From: Candidatus Yanofskybacteria bacterium
GTDB lineage: Bacteria; Patescibacteriota; Minisyncoccia; 2-02-FULL-40-12; IGHO2-01-FULL-4-A
Reading direction: 5' to 3'
Assembly: GCA_016185545.1 (NCBI GenBank)
Contig: JACPNJ010000001.1
Location: 22,565-86,564 of the forward strand
DNA: 64,000 nt
The notes beneath the pieces were generated by a model that searched no databases, was not told the origin of the DNA, and worked only from the letters and a program-made list of their open reading frames with translations. The translations under genes and the position numbers were made by a program. The first letter of the stretch is position 1; each line of letters opens with the position of its first letter. Below are positions 47,461 through 56,963 of this stretch, one piece after another.

Positions 47461-48771
47461 ATGCATAATTTACTCAAATTTATCCTAAAAATTTTAGCCA
47501 AACGGGTTATTACCCGTTATCAGCCAACGGTTATCGGTATTACCGGATCTGTCGGTAAAACGATGGCCAAAGACGCGGTATTTACTGTTTTAAGCCGTAA
47601 ATTTTTGGTGCGTAAAACAGAAAAAAACTATAACAATGAATTTGGAGTTCCGCTGACCGTCTTGGGGATAGATCCGTTTTTGTCTACTGCAAATATCAGG
47701 CCGTCAAATTGGGGACGGCTTTTGAGATTTTGGCCCAAACTAGCCGGCGGATTTTGGCTGGCATTCCTGCCATTTAGAATGCGGTATCCTAAATTTTTAA
47801 TACTGGAATTGGCATCTGCCAAGCCTGGCGATATTGATTACTTAGTTGATATGGTAAGGCCTCGAATCGGAGTAGTAACAGCCATTGGCGAAGTGCCTGT
47901 GCACGTGGAATTTTATGTCAGCCCGCAAGAAGTTGCCGAAGAAAAAGCGAAATTAATCGCGCAGCTGCCGCCGGATGGTTTAGCGATATTGAATTATGAC
48001 GACCAAACCGTTTTAAATATGAAAGAACGTTCCCGTGCCAAGGTTGTGACGTTTGGCTTCTCCAATCTTGCGGATATATGGGCTTCCGACACTTCTTATT
48101 TTATATCCGATGATAATATAAATATCGGCGGACTTTCCTTTAAGATAAACAGTGGCGGCACTTTTGTTCCGGCAAGAATTAACAACTTGGTCGGTTTACA
48201 TCAGCTATACGGAGTTTTGGCGGCGGTGGCGGTTGGTCTGCATTTTGGAATTAATTTGGTTGATATTTCCGGGGCGCTGGAAAACATAGAATTGCCGACG
48301 GGACGCATGAATTTACTGTCAGGAATCAAAAATTCGGTTATTATTGATGATACTTATAATGCTTCGCCGCTTTCTACTCACGCGGCACTTGACGCTTTAA
48401 GAGATTTTGCCAAAGCCAGAGAAAAATTGGGTCATAAAGGCCGGCGAATTGCAGTTTTAGGCGATATGAGAGAATTGGGCAAGTACGAAATAGAAGCTCA
48501 TCGCGCAATAGGCAATTTGGCCGCTGAACGTTGCGACATGCTTATAACTGTCGGCACTGCCGGTAAGCTTATTGCCGATTCCGCGGCCAACTCCGCCTTC
48601 GCCAAGGCTTCGGCGGACAAGCAAATGCCGGATAATATAATTAGCTTTAATACTTCAGAAGAAGCCAAAATAAAAGTCCAGGAAATTATAAAAGAGGGTG
48701 ATGTGGTTTTAGTGAAAGGGTCGCATGCGATGAAAATGGAGCTTATTGTTGAGGAAATAAAAGCCCGCTAG
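47461..48771 (+). CDS. murF: UDP-MurNAc-tripeptide:D-Ala-D-Ala ligase
   Basis: GITGSVGKT, NYNNEFGVP, DDTYNASP, LGDMRELG, LVKGS. Confidence 0.9.
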   Translation: MHNLLKFILKILAKRVITRYQPTVIGITGSVGKTMAKDAVFTVLSRKFLVRKTEKNYNNEFGVPLTVLGIDPFLSTANIRPSNWGRLLRFWPKLAGGFWLAFLPFRMRYPKFLILELASAKPGDIDYLVDMVRPRIGVVTAIGEVPVHVEFYVSPQEVAEEKAKLIAQLPPDGLAILNYDDQTVLNMKERSRAKVVTFGFSNLADIWASDTSYFISDDNINIGGLSFKINSGGTFVPARINNLVGLHQLYGVLAAVAVGLHFGINLVDISGALENIELPTGRMNLLSGIKNSVIIDDTYNASPLSTHAALDALRDFAKAREKLGHKGRRIAVLGDMRELGKYEIEAHRAIGNLAAERCDMLITVGTAGKLIADSAANSAFAKASADKQMPDNIISFNTSEEAKIKVQEIIKEGDVVLVKGSHAMKMELIVEEIKAR

Positions 48772-49685
48772 AAGCGGGCTTTGCCAAAATTTAGTAACCA
48801 ATCAAATAATAATTTCCAAGCATGCGGATTTTTAAGGCGGCGCAAAACATAGGGAAGCGCAGCTTTATCGTCGCCGTAAGGCAGGTAAATTCTTACGGGA
48901 TAGCCTTCCTGCAAAAGCTCACGGCCTAAAGCCAGGTAGCCATGAAGCAATTGGAATTCAATGCAATTTTTTTCTAAAATCGGCGAAGCTTCTATCAGTA
49001 TTTTAGCATGGCGGATTATTTTTTTATCTCTTGTGCCAATAGCATGGCTAGGCCCGCAGATATTATTGTGTCGATTAAGAATTGTTTTAGAAATAGCCAA
49101 ATTTATCAGTGATATGAAGTTTTCTTCTATGTCTATCTGATTATAATAAGCCACCTCGGAGCTTTCTTGGTAAGCTCCTTTAACCAGCCTAGTGGGATAA
49201 CCTTTATCGTGGAGAAAATCCAAATCATAAAATGAGTTAAAAATATTTGCCTGAAGGCAAAGGCGATTATTGTCCGTTGGTTTTGATAAGCTTTGGAAAA
49301 TTTCAATAGTTTCAAGATTGTATTTAAATTCTTCCATATCAAATTCAATGCCGACATTATTTGAACGAGCATATCTGACTATTTTTTTGACAACATTAAA
49401 ACAATAGCCGAAACCCAATTCCAAACCAAGATGCGTCAGTTTTATTGAAATAGTTGTTTTCAGACCGCGGCGTCCTATTTCTTCAAGTAACCTTTTGTAC
49501 TCTTCGTATGCCGTTTTAACCCCTTCTTCACTTTTTGAATGTTCACCGAGGATATCTATCGTAGTCAAAAAACCTTCACCGTTTAGTTTTTCTGCCACAG
49601 CCAATGTTTCTTCTTGGGTTTTGCCGGCGATGAATATTTGCCTTGATATTGCCAATAACCGTCTGGTAATAAAATTGATTTTCAA
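48768..49685 (-). CDS. Monofunctional proline dehydrogenase
   Basis: FIAG, DILGE, SIKLTHLG, FDME, RLVKGAY, EFQLLHG, YLPYG, YVLRRL; AAGGAG before TTG 49685. Confidence 0.85.
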   Translation of the reverse strand: MKINFITRRLLAISRQIFIAGKTQEETLAVAEKLNGEGFLTTIDILGEHSKSEEGVKTAYEEYKRLLEEIGRRGLKTTISIKLTHLGLELGFGYCFNVVKKIVRYARSNNVGIEFDMEEFKYNLETIEIFQSLSKPTDNNRLCLQANIFNSFYDLDFLHDKGYPTRLVKGAYQESSEVAYYNQIDIEENFISLINLAISKTILNRHNNICGPSHAIGTRDKKIIRHAKILIEASPILEKNCIEFQLLHGYLALGRELLQEGYPVRIYLPYGDDKAALPYVLRRLKNPHAWKLLFDWLLNFGKARF

Positions 49686-49738
49686 AGGACACTCCTTTGA
49701 TTTTGGAAAAACCAAGTTTTTTGTTAATATATAATATA

Positions 49739-50007
49739 AGAGTGTAGGATTCAAGCCAGAGTCAATTTAGCGGAGACAATTTTGACCATCTTCAAGACGC
49801 GAGGATCGATGCGTATCAAGCAATACGTGAGCGACGAGCAACGAAGAAGATGGTTCAAAATTGTCCCGCCCGGAGGGAAGCCCAAAAATGGCTGATTTCT
49901 TCGTTGCTCCTCCTAGAAGTAGTATAAACTACATCTTCGTCGTCGCGCCTAGAAATCATCTCATTTTTGAGTTTCTAAACTTGATTCTGGTTTGAAACCT
50001 GCGCTCT
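49739..50007. mobile_element. Palindromic MITE-like element with two internal hairpins
   Basis: About 32-bp imperfect terminal IR (49739-49770 / 49975-50007). Confidence 0.65.
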
Positions 50008-50009
50008 AA

Positions 50010-50084
50010 GCTCCTGTCGTCTAGCCTGGTCTAGGACACGTGATTCTCATTCACGGAACTCGGGTTCGAATCCCGACGGGAGCG
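50010..50084 (+). tRNA. tRNA-Glu(CTC)
   Basis: GCTCCTG/CGGGAGC, CGTGA-TTCTCAT-TCACG, GTTCGAATC. Confidence 0.92.
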
Positions 50085-50239
50085 CAGCGACCATAGCAAC
50101 TCGCTTGTGCGAATTGCGTCGGGATGAGAACGGCGGAGCGTTGTTCGGCGAACAGTTGATGAGCCGAACCGCGAGCAGGTGGCTAGCCCGAGTCATTGGA
50201 AGATGACGAGAGGCAAAGCCGAATCCCGACGGGAGCGCA
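50085..50239 (+). mobile_element. tRNA-Glu-linked mini-element with duplicated tRNA 3' end
   Basis: 20-bp direct repeat cgaatcccgacgggagcgca (50067, 50220); inverted copy 50117-50125. Confidence 0.7.
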
Positions 50240-50440
50240 TGCTATTGACAAGAAAATTAAGCAGGTGTATATTGGGGTTAAGCAAGAAAGAAAAGGGCAA
50301 GGCCGGAGGCCGTCGACTCTATTCCTACGCAACGTTTTTTAATGTTGCAAAAATGGCATAGATTCAACGGTTTCCGGCTTTTTGCGTATAAAAACCAGAG
50401 CTTTTTGAAAATTGAAGAAGGAGAAAAAAGGAGAAATAAA

Positions 50441-51133
50441 ATGAGAAAAAATTCATTCATTTTACTGATTACATTTGTTGCATTATCAATTATTAACACA
50501 GATATTTCGGCGCAAGAACTGACAAATTCTGCTCCAGAACCAGTATTGCAGGAAGAACAAAAATTGATGGTAACAATACGAATGGAAATAGCAGAAGGCA
50601 GCGCGGTTCACGTAAAATATCAAGAAGGATTCGCGCTTTATCCACAAACCGTTATTGCCGCGCTTTCCCCCATGCTAGTTTTGGGAGCAAAAGCCACGAT
50701 TATTTATCAAGATCAGGTGATCCCCGCTATTCAAGTAAATACGAATGCTCGTTTAGGACTTGCGGCGCTATTGCTTATTAGGCCGCTTGCGGTGGACACG
50801 CAAAAAACAAATTTTTTTTCCGGAAAGGACTTTGGCGAAAACACATTTTTGCTTACCTCGCGGTCCGTAACTAATATAAAAAATTTGACAGAAGAGGAAA
50901 CAAAAGAAAACCAGCTTAAAGGCGCTGTAGCCGTTGATGATTACGGGACGCTTCTGGGTATTGTATTAAGTATAGAAAAGGATGATTTCGGAACATTGAT
51001 ACAACGAATAATCCCATTTGACTATGTGCAAGCATTCATTAGGTCTCTTGAACAAGGACCGCCACTGCCGGAATTTAAACCGCCGGAATTACCGGAAGAT
51101 TCTAACGCTAAAGTTTATTTGAACACAATCTAA
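50441..51133 (+). CDS. Hypothetical secreted protein
   Basis: AGGAG RBS, signal peptide ending ISA. Confidence 0.6.
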   Translation: MRKNSFILLITFVALSIINTDISAQELTNSAPEPVLQEEQKLMVTIRMEIAEGSAVHVKYQEGFALYPQTVIAALSPMLVLGAKATIIYQDQVIPAIQVNTNARLGLAALLLIRPLAVDTQKTNFFSGKDFGENTFLLTSRSVTNIKNLTEEETKENQLKGAVAVDDYGTLLGIVLSIEKDDFGTLIQRIIPFDYVQAFIRSLEQGPPLPEFKPPELPEDSNAKVYLNTI

Positions 51134-51214
51134 CTTTTGGAGAGTCGTAGCGACCAGTGCGACTCTTTTTTGTTTTTGTTGACTAAACAAACATAACTTG
51201 TTATGTTTAATACT

Positions 51215-51532
51215 ATGTTCGCTATAATAAAAACTGGCGGGAAACAGTATAAGGTTACCGAGGGTAGCAAGTTTTTAATTGAAAAATTAAACTATGCGAT
51301 AGGGGAAGAGTTTGATTTTGAAGAAGTCTTACTTATCGGTAATGCCAAGATGGAAAATGCCCAAATTGGCGCTCCATTAGTGGATGGCGCCAAAGTGCAT
51401 GCTCGCGTGCTTGACCACGGCAAGGCCAAAAAGAAAATAATTTTTAAATTCAAAAATAAAACTCGCTACTGGAAGAAAAAGGGCCACCGCCAGCCGTTTA
51501 CTAAAGTAGAAATATTAAAAATCACCGCGTAA
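51215..51532 (+). CDS. rplU: 50S ribosomal protein L21
   Basis: MFAIIKTGGKQYKV, GHRQPFT. Confidence 0.96.
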   Translation: MFAIIKTGGKQYKVTEGSKFLIEKLNYAIGEEFDFEEVLLIGNAKMENAQIGAPLVDGAKVHARVLDHGKAKKKIIFKFKNKTRYWKKKGHRQPFTKVEILKITA

Positions 51533-51541
51533 TAGCGGTGA

Positions 51542-51830
51542 TTTTTCAAAAATTACAAACCAATCGCAGAATAGTTTATCTACCGGCTACGCGCGCGTGT
51601 TTTGCTGGCCCTTCGGGACAGGCCCCGTTAGAGGCCGCGAGGGCTCGCAGCGCGCCTCTGCCTCTAACGGGGCAGGCGCAAAACGCGCGCGCCTCCGCCG
51701 GTAAACCCGCTTCGCCAAGTCTGACTTGGCTTCGCTAGCACCTTTCTTAGCAATTTACGAACGATAAAAACCGCCCCTCCCCAGTTTTACTAAACTGGGG
51801 AGGGGCTTAGGGTTTGTAATTTTTGACAAA
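51542..51830. mobile_element. Composite family C element with nested hairpins (including 54-nt element 51623-51676)
   Basis: Terminal IR tcaaaaattacaaacc/ggtttgtaatttttga. Confidence 0.75.
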
Positions 51831-51897
51831 ATTTAGTAAAAGGCCAGCTTATTTAAGAAAGAAAAACAAAATAAAACCCCCACTTAGTGGGAGCTCT

Positions 51898-52503
51898 TTA
51901 TTTAAAGAATACCCAGATGCTGGAGGGGCTCCATAAAACATCATGGCGTACGGATGAACTGCAAAGTTGTAAACTGTGACCATGAGTATGCGAGCCGTTA
52001 TGGGTATGCTGATCGTAATGCAAAATATCAAATATTGTCGGGTCGCCATTGGAATCAATGAGTGGTTTCATAGCTATGTGTAGCCACTCGTTTTCCGGCT
52101 GGTCTCTGTATTGCAAGCGTAACAGAGGACCGGTTTGGGCTGGCGCAAGTTTTAGACCTAATTTTTGGGCGCGTCTCACAATGTTTTCATAGGGAACCCA
52201 GTCATTAAAACCTAATTGAGCGGCGGAAAGTAATACCAGATTCCATTCTATTTTTTTACGAACTGCCGGTGTTTTATCAAGTATATCGTCAGCCCAGTAT
52301 TCAACCGTAAAGCCGTTAGATATTAATGCTTTGCGAATGACGTTGGTATTTTTGTAAGTGCCTGATTCTATTGTTTTCCATGTGGGAAAATATGGTTTCG
52401 TGTTTTCCTTTTGTTCATTTTTACCGACAATCAGGATACTGCCAACAACAAAGCAAAGAAATATAACAATCGCCGCGAAGTCATATATGTTTATACGCTT
52501 CAT
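51898..52503 (-). CDS. Hypothetical membrane-anchored protein
   Basis: N-terminal TM; LGF..RAQKLGL..GPLLRLQYRDQP..IAMKPL. Confidence 0.6.
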   Translation of the reverse strand: MKRINIYDFAAIVIFLCFVVGSILIVGKNEQKENTKPYFPTWKTIESGTYKNTNVIRKALISNGFTVEYWADDILDKTPAVRKKIEWNLVLLSAAQLGFNDWVPYENIVRRAQKLGLKLAPAQTGPLLRLQYRDQPENEWLHIAMKPLIDSNGDPTIFDILHYDQHTHNGSHTHGHSLQLCSSSVRHDVLWSPSSIWVFFK

Positions 52504-52612
52504 TGATTTCCTTGTGTTTTAGTTGTAAATAAGCCAGTAAGTTTAAGGTAATGAAAAAAACCTACTCTGTCAAATTGCGTGACGGGAGTTCAGAAAGAAT
52601 TATTTGATTGGA

Positions 52613-53209
52613 TTAGTGTCGATGCTTAAGAGCATTTACCAGAGTAATTTCGTCAGCGTATTCAACCGAAGAACCAACGGAAAGGCCACGAGCAAGCCGA
52701 GTCAACTTTACCCCAAGCGGTTTTAATTCTTCTTCAATGTAAAGTGCGGTAGTTTCGCCATAGGTATTGGGATTGGTGGCGATTATTACCTCAATATCCG
52801 GCGTTAGTTTTTGCAGTTCCCTAATTCTGAATTCTAGTTCTTTAATTTTAAGGTTTTGAGGCAATGAGCCATTAGCCGGATTAATATGACCGCCCAGTAC
52901 ATGATACACGCCGTTAAAGGCGCCGGTTTTTTCCATTGATTGCAGGTCGGTGACTTTTTCAACTACTGCAATGCGAGTTTGGTCGCGTTTAACACTTGTG
53001 CATATTGCGCATTTTTCAGTGTCCGCGAAGTTAAAACATTCTTCGCAAAATGTCGGTCCGTCTTTAAGCGCGCTTACCGACTGTGAAAATTCATCCAGTT
53101 CGTTTTTGGGCCACTCCACCATAGCCAAAACCAACCGCATTGCCTGCCTCGGCCCAATCCCCGGTAGTTTCGTAAAAAAATCAATCAGTTTTTGGAATTT
53201 TGATGACAT
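52613..53209 (-). CDS. recR: Recombination mediator RecR
   Basis: LPGIGPRQA, C4 zinc finger, YHVLGG, TOPRIM, EYADE. Confidence 0.95.
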   Translation of the reverse strand: MSSKFQKLIDFFTKLPGIGPRQAMRLVLAMVEWPKNELDEFSQSVSALKDGPTFCEECFNFADTEKCAICTSVKRDQTRIAVVEKVTDLQSMEKTGAFNGVYHVLGGHINPANGSLPQNLKIKELEFRIRELQKLTPDIEVIIATNPNTYGETTALYIEEELKPLGVKLTRLARGLSVGSSVEYADEITLVNALKHRH

Positions 53210-53344
53210 TTTGATTTTTTCCTGAATACGCCACCCGAGTGGCGTATTCACGCCCCATGACACCTTTTATTTTTACCATTCCCACAAGGGGTGAGCGAAG
53301 GAATATCTGATTTTAAACCCCCAATAAATTAGAGTTAGGCGGAG

Positions 53345-53574
53345 GCCATAGTGCCTTTTGGGACTTCTGGATTATTTAAAAAATTAGGCGAGGCCATTAT
53401 GCCTTATAGCACCGTTGAAAGAGTGGATTGCACGGTCATTGAGCAGTATAATGCTCATCACTGCGAAATGAATCCACGCTTTCAACGGAGCGACGCAACC
53501 TCGCTGGGGTTGCTAGCGGTGATAGAAGGCATAACGGCGAGCCGATTTTTGAAGTTTCCAAAAGACAGTATGGT
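53345..53574. mobile_element. Family D arms enclosing family B element (53393-53538)
   Basis: gccatagtgccttttgggacttc arm; core homologous to 23980-24126. Confidence 0.75.
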
Positions 53575-53607
53575 GAAGCCCCTAATTTATTGGGCATGTT
53601 TGAAAAA

Positions 53608-54960
53608 TCAGATATTACGGGCGAGGTTTTTGAACGACACCATATCCTCATCAAAATACAGTTCAATTGACCCGACCGGGCCGTTTCTGTGCTTGGCAAC
53701 AATGATTTCGGCGATGTTTTTCTTTTCCGTTTCTTTTTTAACTCGGTCTTCGCGATAAATAAACATAACCACATCCGCATCTTGTTCCAGTGAACCGCTG
53801 TCGCGCAAATCCGAGAGCCGCGGCCGTTGGTCCGGACGCGCTTCAGAATTGCGTGATAGCTGCGAAATGGCTATGACCGGGATACTTAGTTCCCTCGCCA
53901 ATGCCTTAAGATTTCTAGAAATTTCTGTAGTCTGCTGGACGGGGCTTTCATAAGCACGGTTCGGCTGTATTAATTGTAAGTAATCAACGATTAGCATTCC
54001 CAGACCCCTTTCGGCCTGTAATCGTCTGGCCATGGCGCGGATTTGCAACACCGTCGGTGAAGACGCATCGTCAATAAAAATGTTGCTTTGGGCAAGACTG
54101 TCTAACGCGATTTGTATTTTTTCAAAATCATTACCGTCACCTTCGGAAGATAATCGGCCAGTGCGCAGTTTCCAAAGGCTTATGTTCGCTTCGGCGGCGA
54201 TCAGACGATCTACTACTTGGTCTTTAGACATCTCAAGCGTGAATACACCAACTGGCAGGCCTGTTGTTTTAGCGGCGTTGCGGGCGAAATCAAGGGCAAG
54301 CGTACTTTTGCCAAGCGAGGGGCGCGCTCCGACAATGATCAAATCTGATTTTTGAAAACCGGCGGTAATGTTGTCCAGATCGTAAAAACCGCTGGTAACA
54401 CCTCGTAATGTGCCATCTGACTTGTGAAGCATATCCAGGCGCTCAAATGCTTCGTGCAAGGCTTTATCAAGCGGTTGAAATGTTTGTTGGATAGATTTTT
54501 GAGAGACAGCGAATATTTTTTGTTCGGCTTGATCTAGCAGAGAGTCCACGTCTTCGTCTTCCTGATAGCCCAAACCAAGAATATGATGGGCGGTGTCAAT
54601 AAGGTCGCGCAAAACCTTTTTGCGTTCAACGATCTTGGCGTAATTGACGACATGGGCGGCTGTGGGAACTGAATTAACAAGTGAGGTAAGATAACCGACG
54701 CCGCCGATGGTTTCAAGCTGGCCGATTTCTTCAAGAATGTTGGACAAACTCAAAATGTCTATCGGCTCTTGTTTTTCAAAGAGCCGCATCATGCCGGTAT
54801 AAATTATCTGATGGGTGCGGCTATAAAAATCTTCCGGTTCCAAAGAATCCACGATTTTATTTATTGCTTCTTTATCAAGCAAAAGCGAGCCGATCAAGCT
54901 TTTCTCGGCTTCAATATTCTGCGGCGGCAGTTTGTCTATTGCGGTTTGGGATTTCGGCAT
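53608..54960 (-). CDS. dnaB: Replicative DNA helicase
   Basis: PPQNIEAE, GARPSLGKS, DYLQL, SQLSR, DLRDSGSLEQDAD, KHRNGP. Confidence 0.97.
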   Translation of the reverse strand: MPKSQTAIDKLPPQNIEAEKSLIGSLLLDKEAINKIVDSLEPEDFYSRTHQIIYTGMMRLFEKQEPIDILSLSNILEEIGQLETIGGVGYLTSLVNSVPTAAHVVNYAKIVERKKVLRDLIDTAHHILGLGYQEDEDVDSLLDQAEQKIFAVSQKSIQQTFQPLDKALHEAFERLDMLHKSDGTLRGVTSGFYDLDNITAGFQKSDLIIVGARPSLGKSTLALDFARNAAKTTGLPVGVFTLEMSKDQVVDRLIAAEANISLWKLRTGRLSSEGDGNDFEKIQIALDSLAQSNIFIDDASSPTVLQIRAMARRLQAERGLGMLIVDYLQLIQPNRAYESPVQQTTEISRNLKALARELSIPVIAISQLSRNSEARPDQRPRLSDLRDSGSLEQDADVVMFIYREDRVKKETEKKNIAEIIVAKHRNGPVGSIELYFDEDMVSFKNLARNI

Positions 54961-55016
54961 AACCAATAATTATATTCCAGCCGATTATACTTGGGTAGGG
55001 GATAAAGTGTGAGTAT

Positions 55017-55247
55017 CGCTCGCCCCCGCCAATTTTTATCAGGTGTCCTCGCAGTACAAATAATATGTTGATTTTCTTGTTTTTCTAGATAAAAAAATCG
55101 TACCCCTTACGCTCAACTAAAACCCGTTTGATTACAAACGGGTTTTAGTTTCGCTCCGTCCCAATTTTCTTTATCAGCGAAAAACTTCAAAAATCAACAT
55201 TTATTTGTTACTGCTCAAGCCAACAGATAAAAATTGGCAATGGCTCA
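55017..55247. mobile_element. Palindromic element family A copy 2
   Basis: Near-identical scaffold to 22672-22946. Confidence 0.8.
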
Positions 55248-55314
55248 CCCCACCACCCAAAAACTTGCATTTATTTTGAAAAAAGTAGTGGAGCAAACCT
55301 CCTGATTTTCGTCA

Positions 55315-55398
55315 TTCATCCCATTAGAGAGTGTTATATTTTTTAGCAATTCTTCAAATAACGATTAACCTTATTAATATAAGGACTCTCTAACTGGA
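55315..55398 (-). mobile_element. Degenerate CCCGTTAGA/TCTAACGGG element with TGAA tail
   Basis: ttca-tcccattagagagt...actctctaactgga. Confidence 0.55.
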
Positions 55399-55423
55399 TT
55401 CATCTGCTGAGATGAAGAGCAAA

Positions 55424-55572
55424 GCCATAGTGCCTTTTGGGACTTCTGGGGTTGCCGCCAGCATGGTTTTGTCAATGACCGAGTTAAGCGAGTGTCTTGA
55501 CAAATGGCGGCAATCACAAAAGATGAGCCGAGCTCGCTGGAGCGAGGCGAAGTTCCCAAAAGGTACTATGGC
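55424..55572. mobile_element. Palindromic element family D copy 2 (contains cysS stop)
   Basis: Reverse-complement homologue of 29821-29968. Confidence 0.8.
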
Positions 55573-56963
55573 GAAGCGAGTTTTTTGACTAGCGGGCCGT
55601 AGTTGGTATCTTCAATCTCGTAGCCGAGGTTTTTTATTTGGTCGCGGAGTTGGTCGGAGTGGATGAAGTCCTTGGCTTGGCGAATGGTTTCGCGCTCGCT
55701 TATTAGTTTTTGTATCTCCGGCGGTATTTCTTGTGATTTTTTAGGAATGATACTGAGAATTTGATCAAATTCATTTAGCATTTCCAAAGATTTTTTTGCA
55801 TCTTCACTGCTGATTTTTCTTTCATCAATCAACGGATTTACTTCTCTTACAAAATCAAACAAAGACGCAATTGCTTTGGGAGTATTAAAATCATCATCCA
55901 TTTCTTTTTCAAAATTTTCCTTTATTTTTTCAATCAATTCCAACTTAGGAGTTGAACTCCTAAGTAGAGATTTTTCAATATTTTTTAGGCGATTAGTAAA
56001 TTCGGCTAAACGATTTACTGCTGCCTCGGTTTGTCTCAGGTTTTCTTCGCTGTAATCAATAGGAGAGCGATAATAAGCCATCAGTATCATCATGCGTAAA
56101 GCTTCGGCTGGATATTTTTTTAAGGCGTCGCGTATTGTTATGAAATTGCCTAGCGACTTGGACATTTTTTGGCCACTGACGGTTAAAAATCCAGGGTGTA
56201 TCCAGTATTTGACGAATGGTTTTTTGCCGGAAATTGATTCCATTTGGGCAATTTCGGCTTCATGGTGTGGAAATATCAGATCTTGTGCGCCGCCATGCAG
56301 GTCGTATTGGAAACCGAAATGTTTTTCAGTCATAGCGGTATCTTCAATGTGCCACCCTGGACGGCCATAGCCAAGCTCGCTATTCCAACCCGGTTCCTCC
56401 AGCTTAGAAAATTTCCACAAGGCAAAATCGCCGCGATTTCTTTTTTTTATGCTTTCATCAATGCGGCTGACTGCATCTTCCGCTGATTGTGTTGTCCGTC
56501 CCGACAGTTTGCCGTAATCAGGAAATTTGACCAGGTCAAAATAATAACCGTCATCTTCGATGAGATAGGCGATACCCTTTTCAATCAGTTGTTTTACTTG
56601 GCTAACAATTTCCGGAATATATTGAGTTGCCGGAGCGTATTCCGAAACCGCAGTGATGCCGAGGGATTTCATGTCCTCGTAATATGCTTCTTTATATTCC
56701 AGCGCTAAATCAGCCGGATTAATCATTTTTTGTTTGGCCCGCTCAATAATTTTATCGTCAATGTCGGTAATGTTTTGCAGATAAAAAACTTCGTAGCCGC
56801 GATGCCGCAGATATTTGGCGACAACGTCAAAAACAACATAGGTTCTGGCATGGCCTATGTGCGAATAATCATAAACCGTTGGTCCGCAGACGAACATCCT
56901 GACTTTTGAGCCGGGTGAGAGAAATTCTTCTTTTTGGCGAGCTAGAGTATTATAGATTTGCAT
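55566..56963 (-). CDS. cysS: Cysteine--tRNA ligase
   Basis: CGPTVY, HIGH, GRPGWHIE, FPHHEAE, KMSKS. Confidence 0.97.
   Translation of the reverse strand: MQIYNTLARQKEEFLSPGSKVRMFVCGPTVYDYSHIGHARTYVVFDVVAKYLRHRGYEVFYLQNITDIDDKIIERAKQKMINPADLALEYKEAYYEDMKSLGITAVSEYAPATQYIPEIVSQVKQLIEKGIAYLIEDDGYYFDLVKFPDYGKLSGRTTQSAEDAVSRIDESIKKRNRGDFALWKFSKLEEPGWNSELGYGRPGWHIEDTAMTEKHFGFQYDLHGGAQDLIFPHHEAEIAQMESISGKKPFVKYWIHPGFLTVSGQKMSKSLGNFITIRDALKKYPAEALRMMILMAYYRSPIDYSEENLRQTEAAVNRLAEFTNRLKNIEKSLLRSSTPKLELIEKIKENFEKEMDDDFNTPKAIASLFDFVREVNPLIDERKISSEDAKKSLEMLNEFDQILSIIPKKSQEIPPEIQKLISERETIRQAKDFIHSDQLRDQIKNLGYEIEDTNYGPLVKKLASP

Noticed and set aside
43229-53250. aatacgccac/gtggcgtatt hairpin at 43229 and 53223 as a separate system
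   Set aside because: Only two short copies; explained as terminator or another small REP-like hairpin
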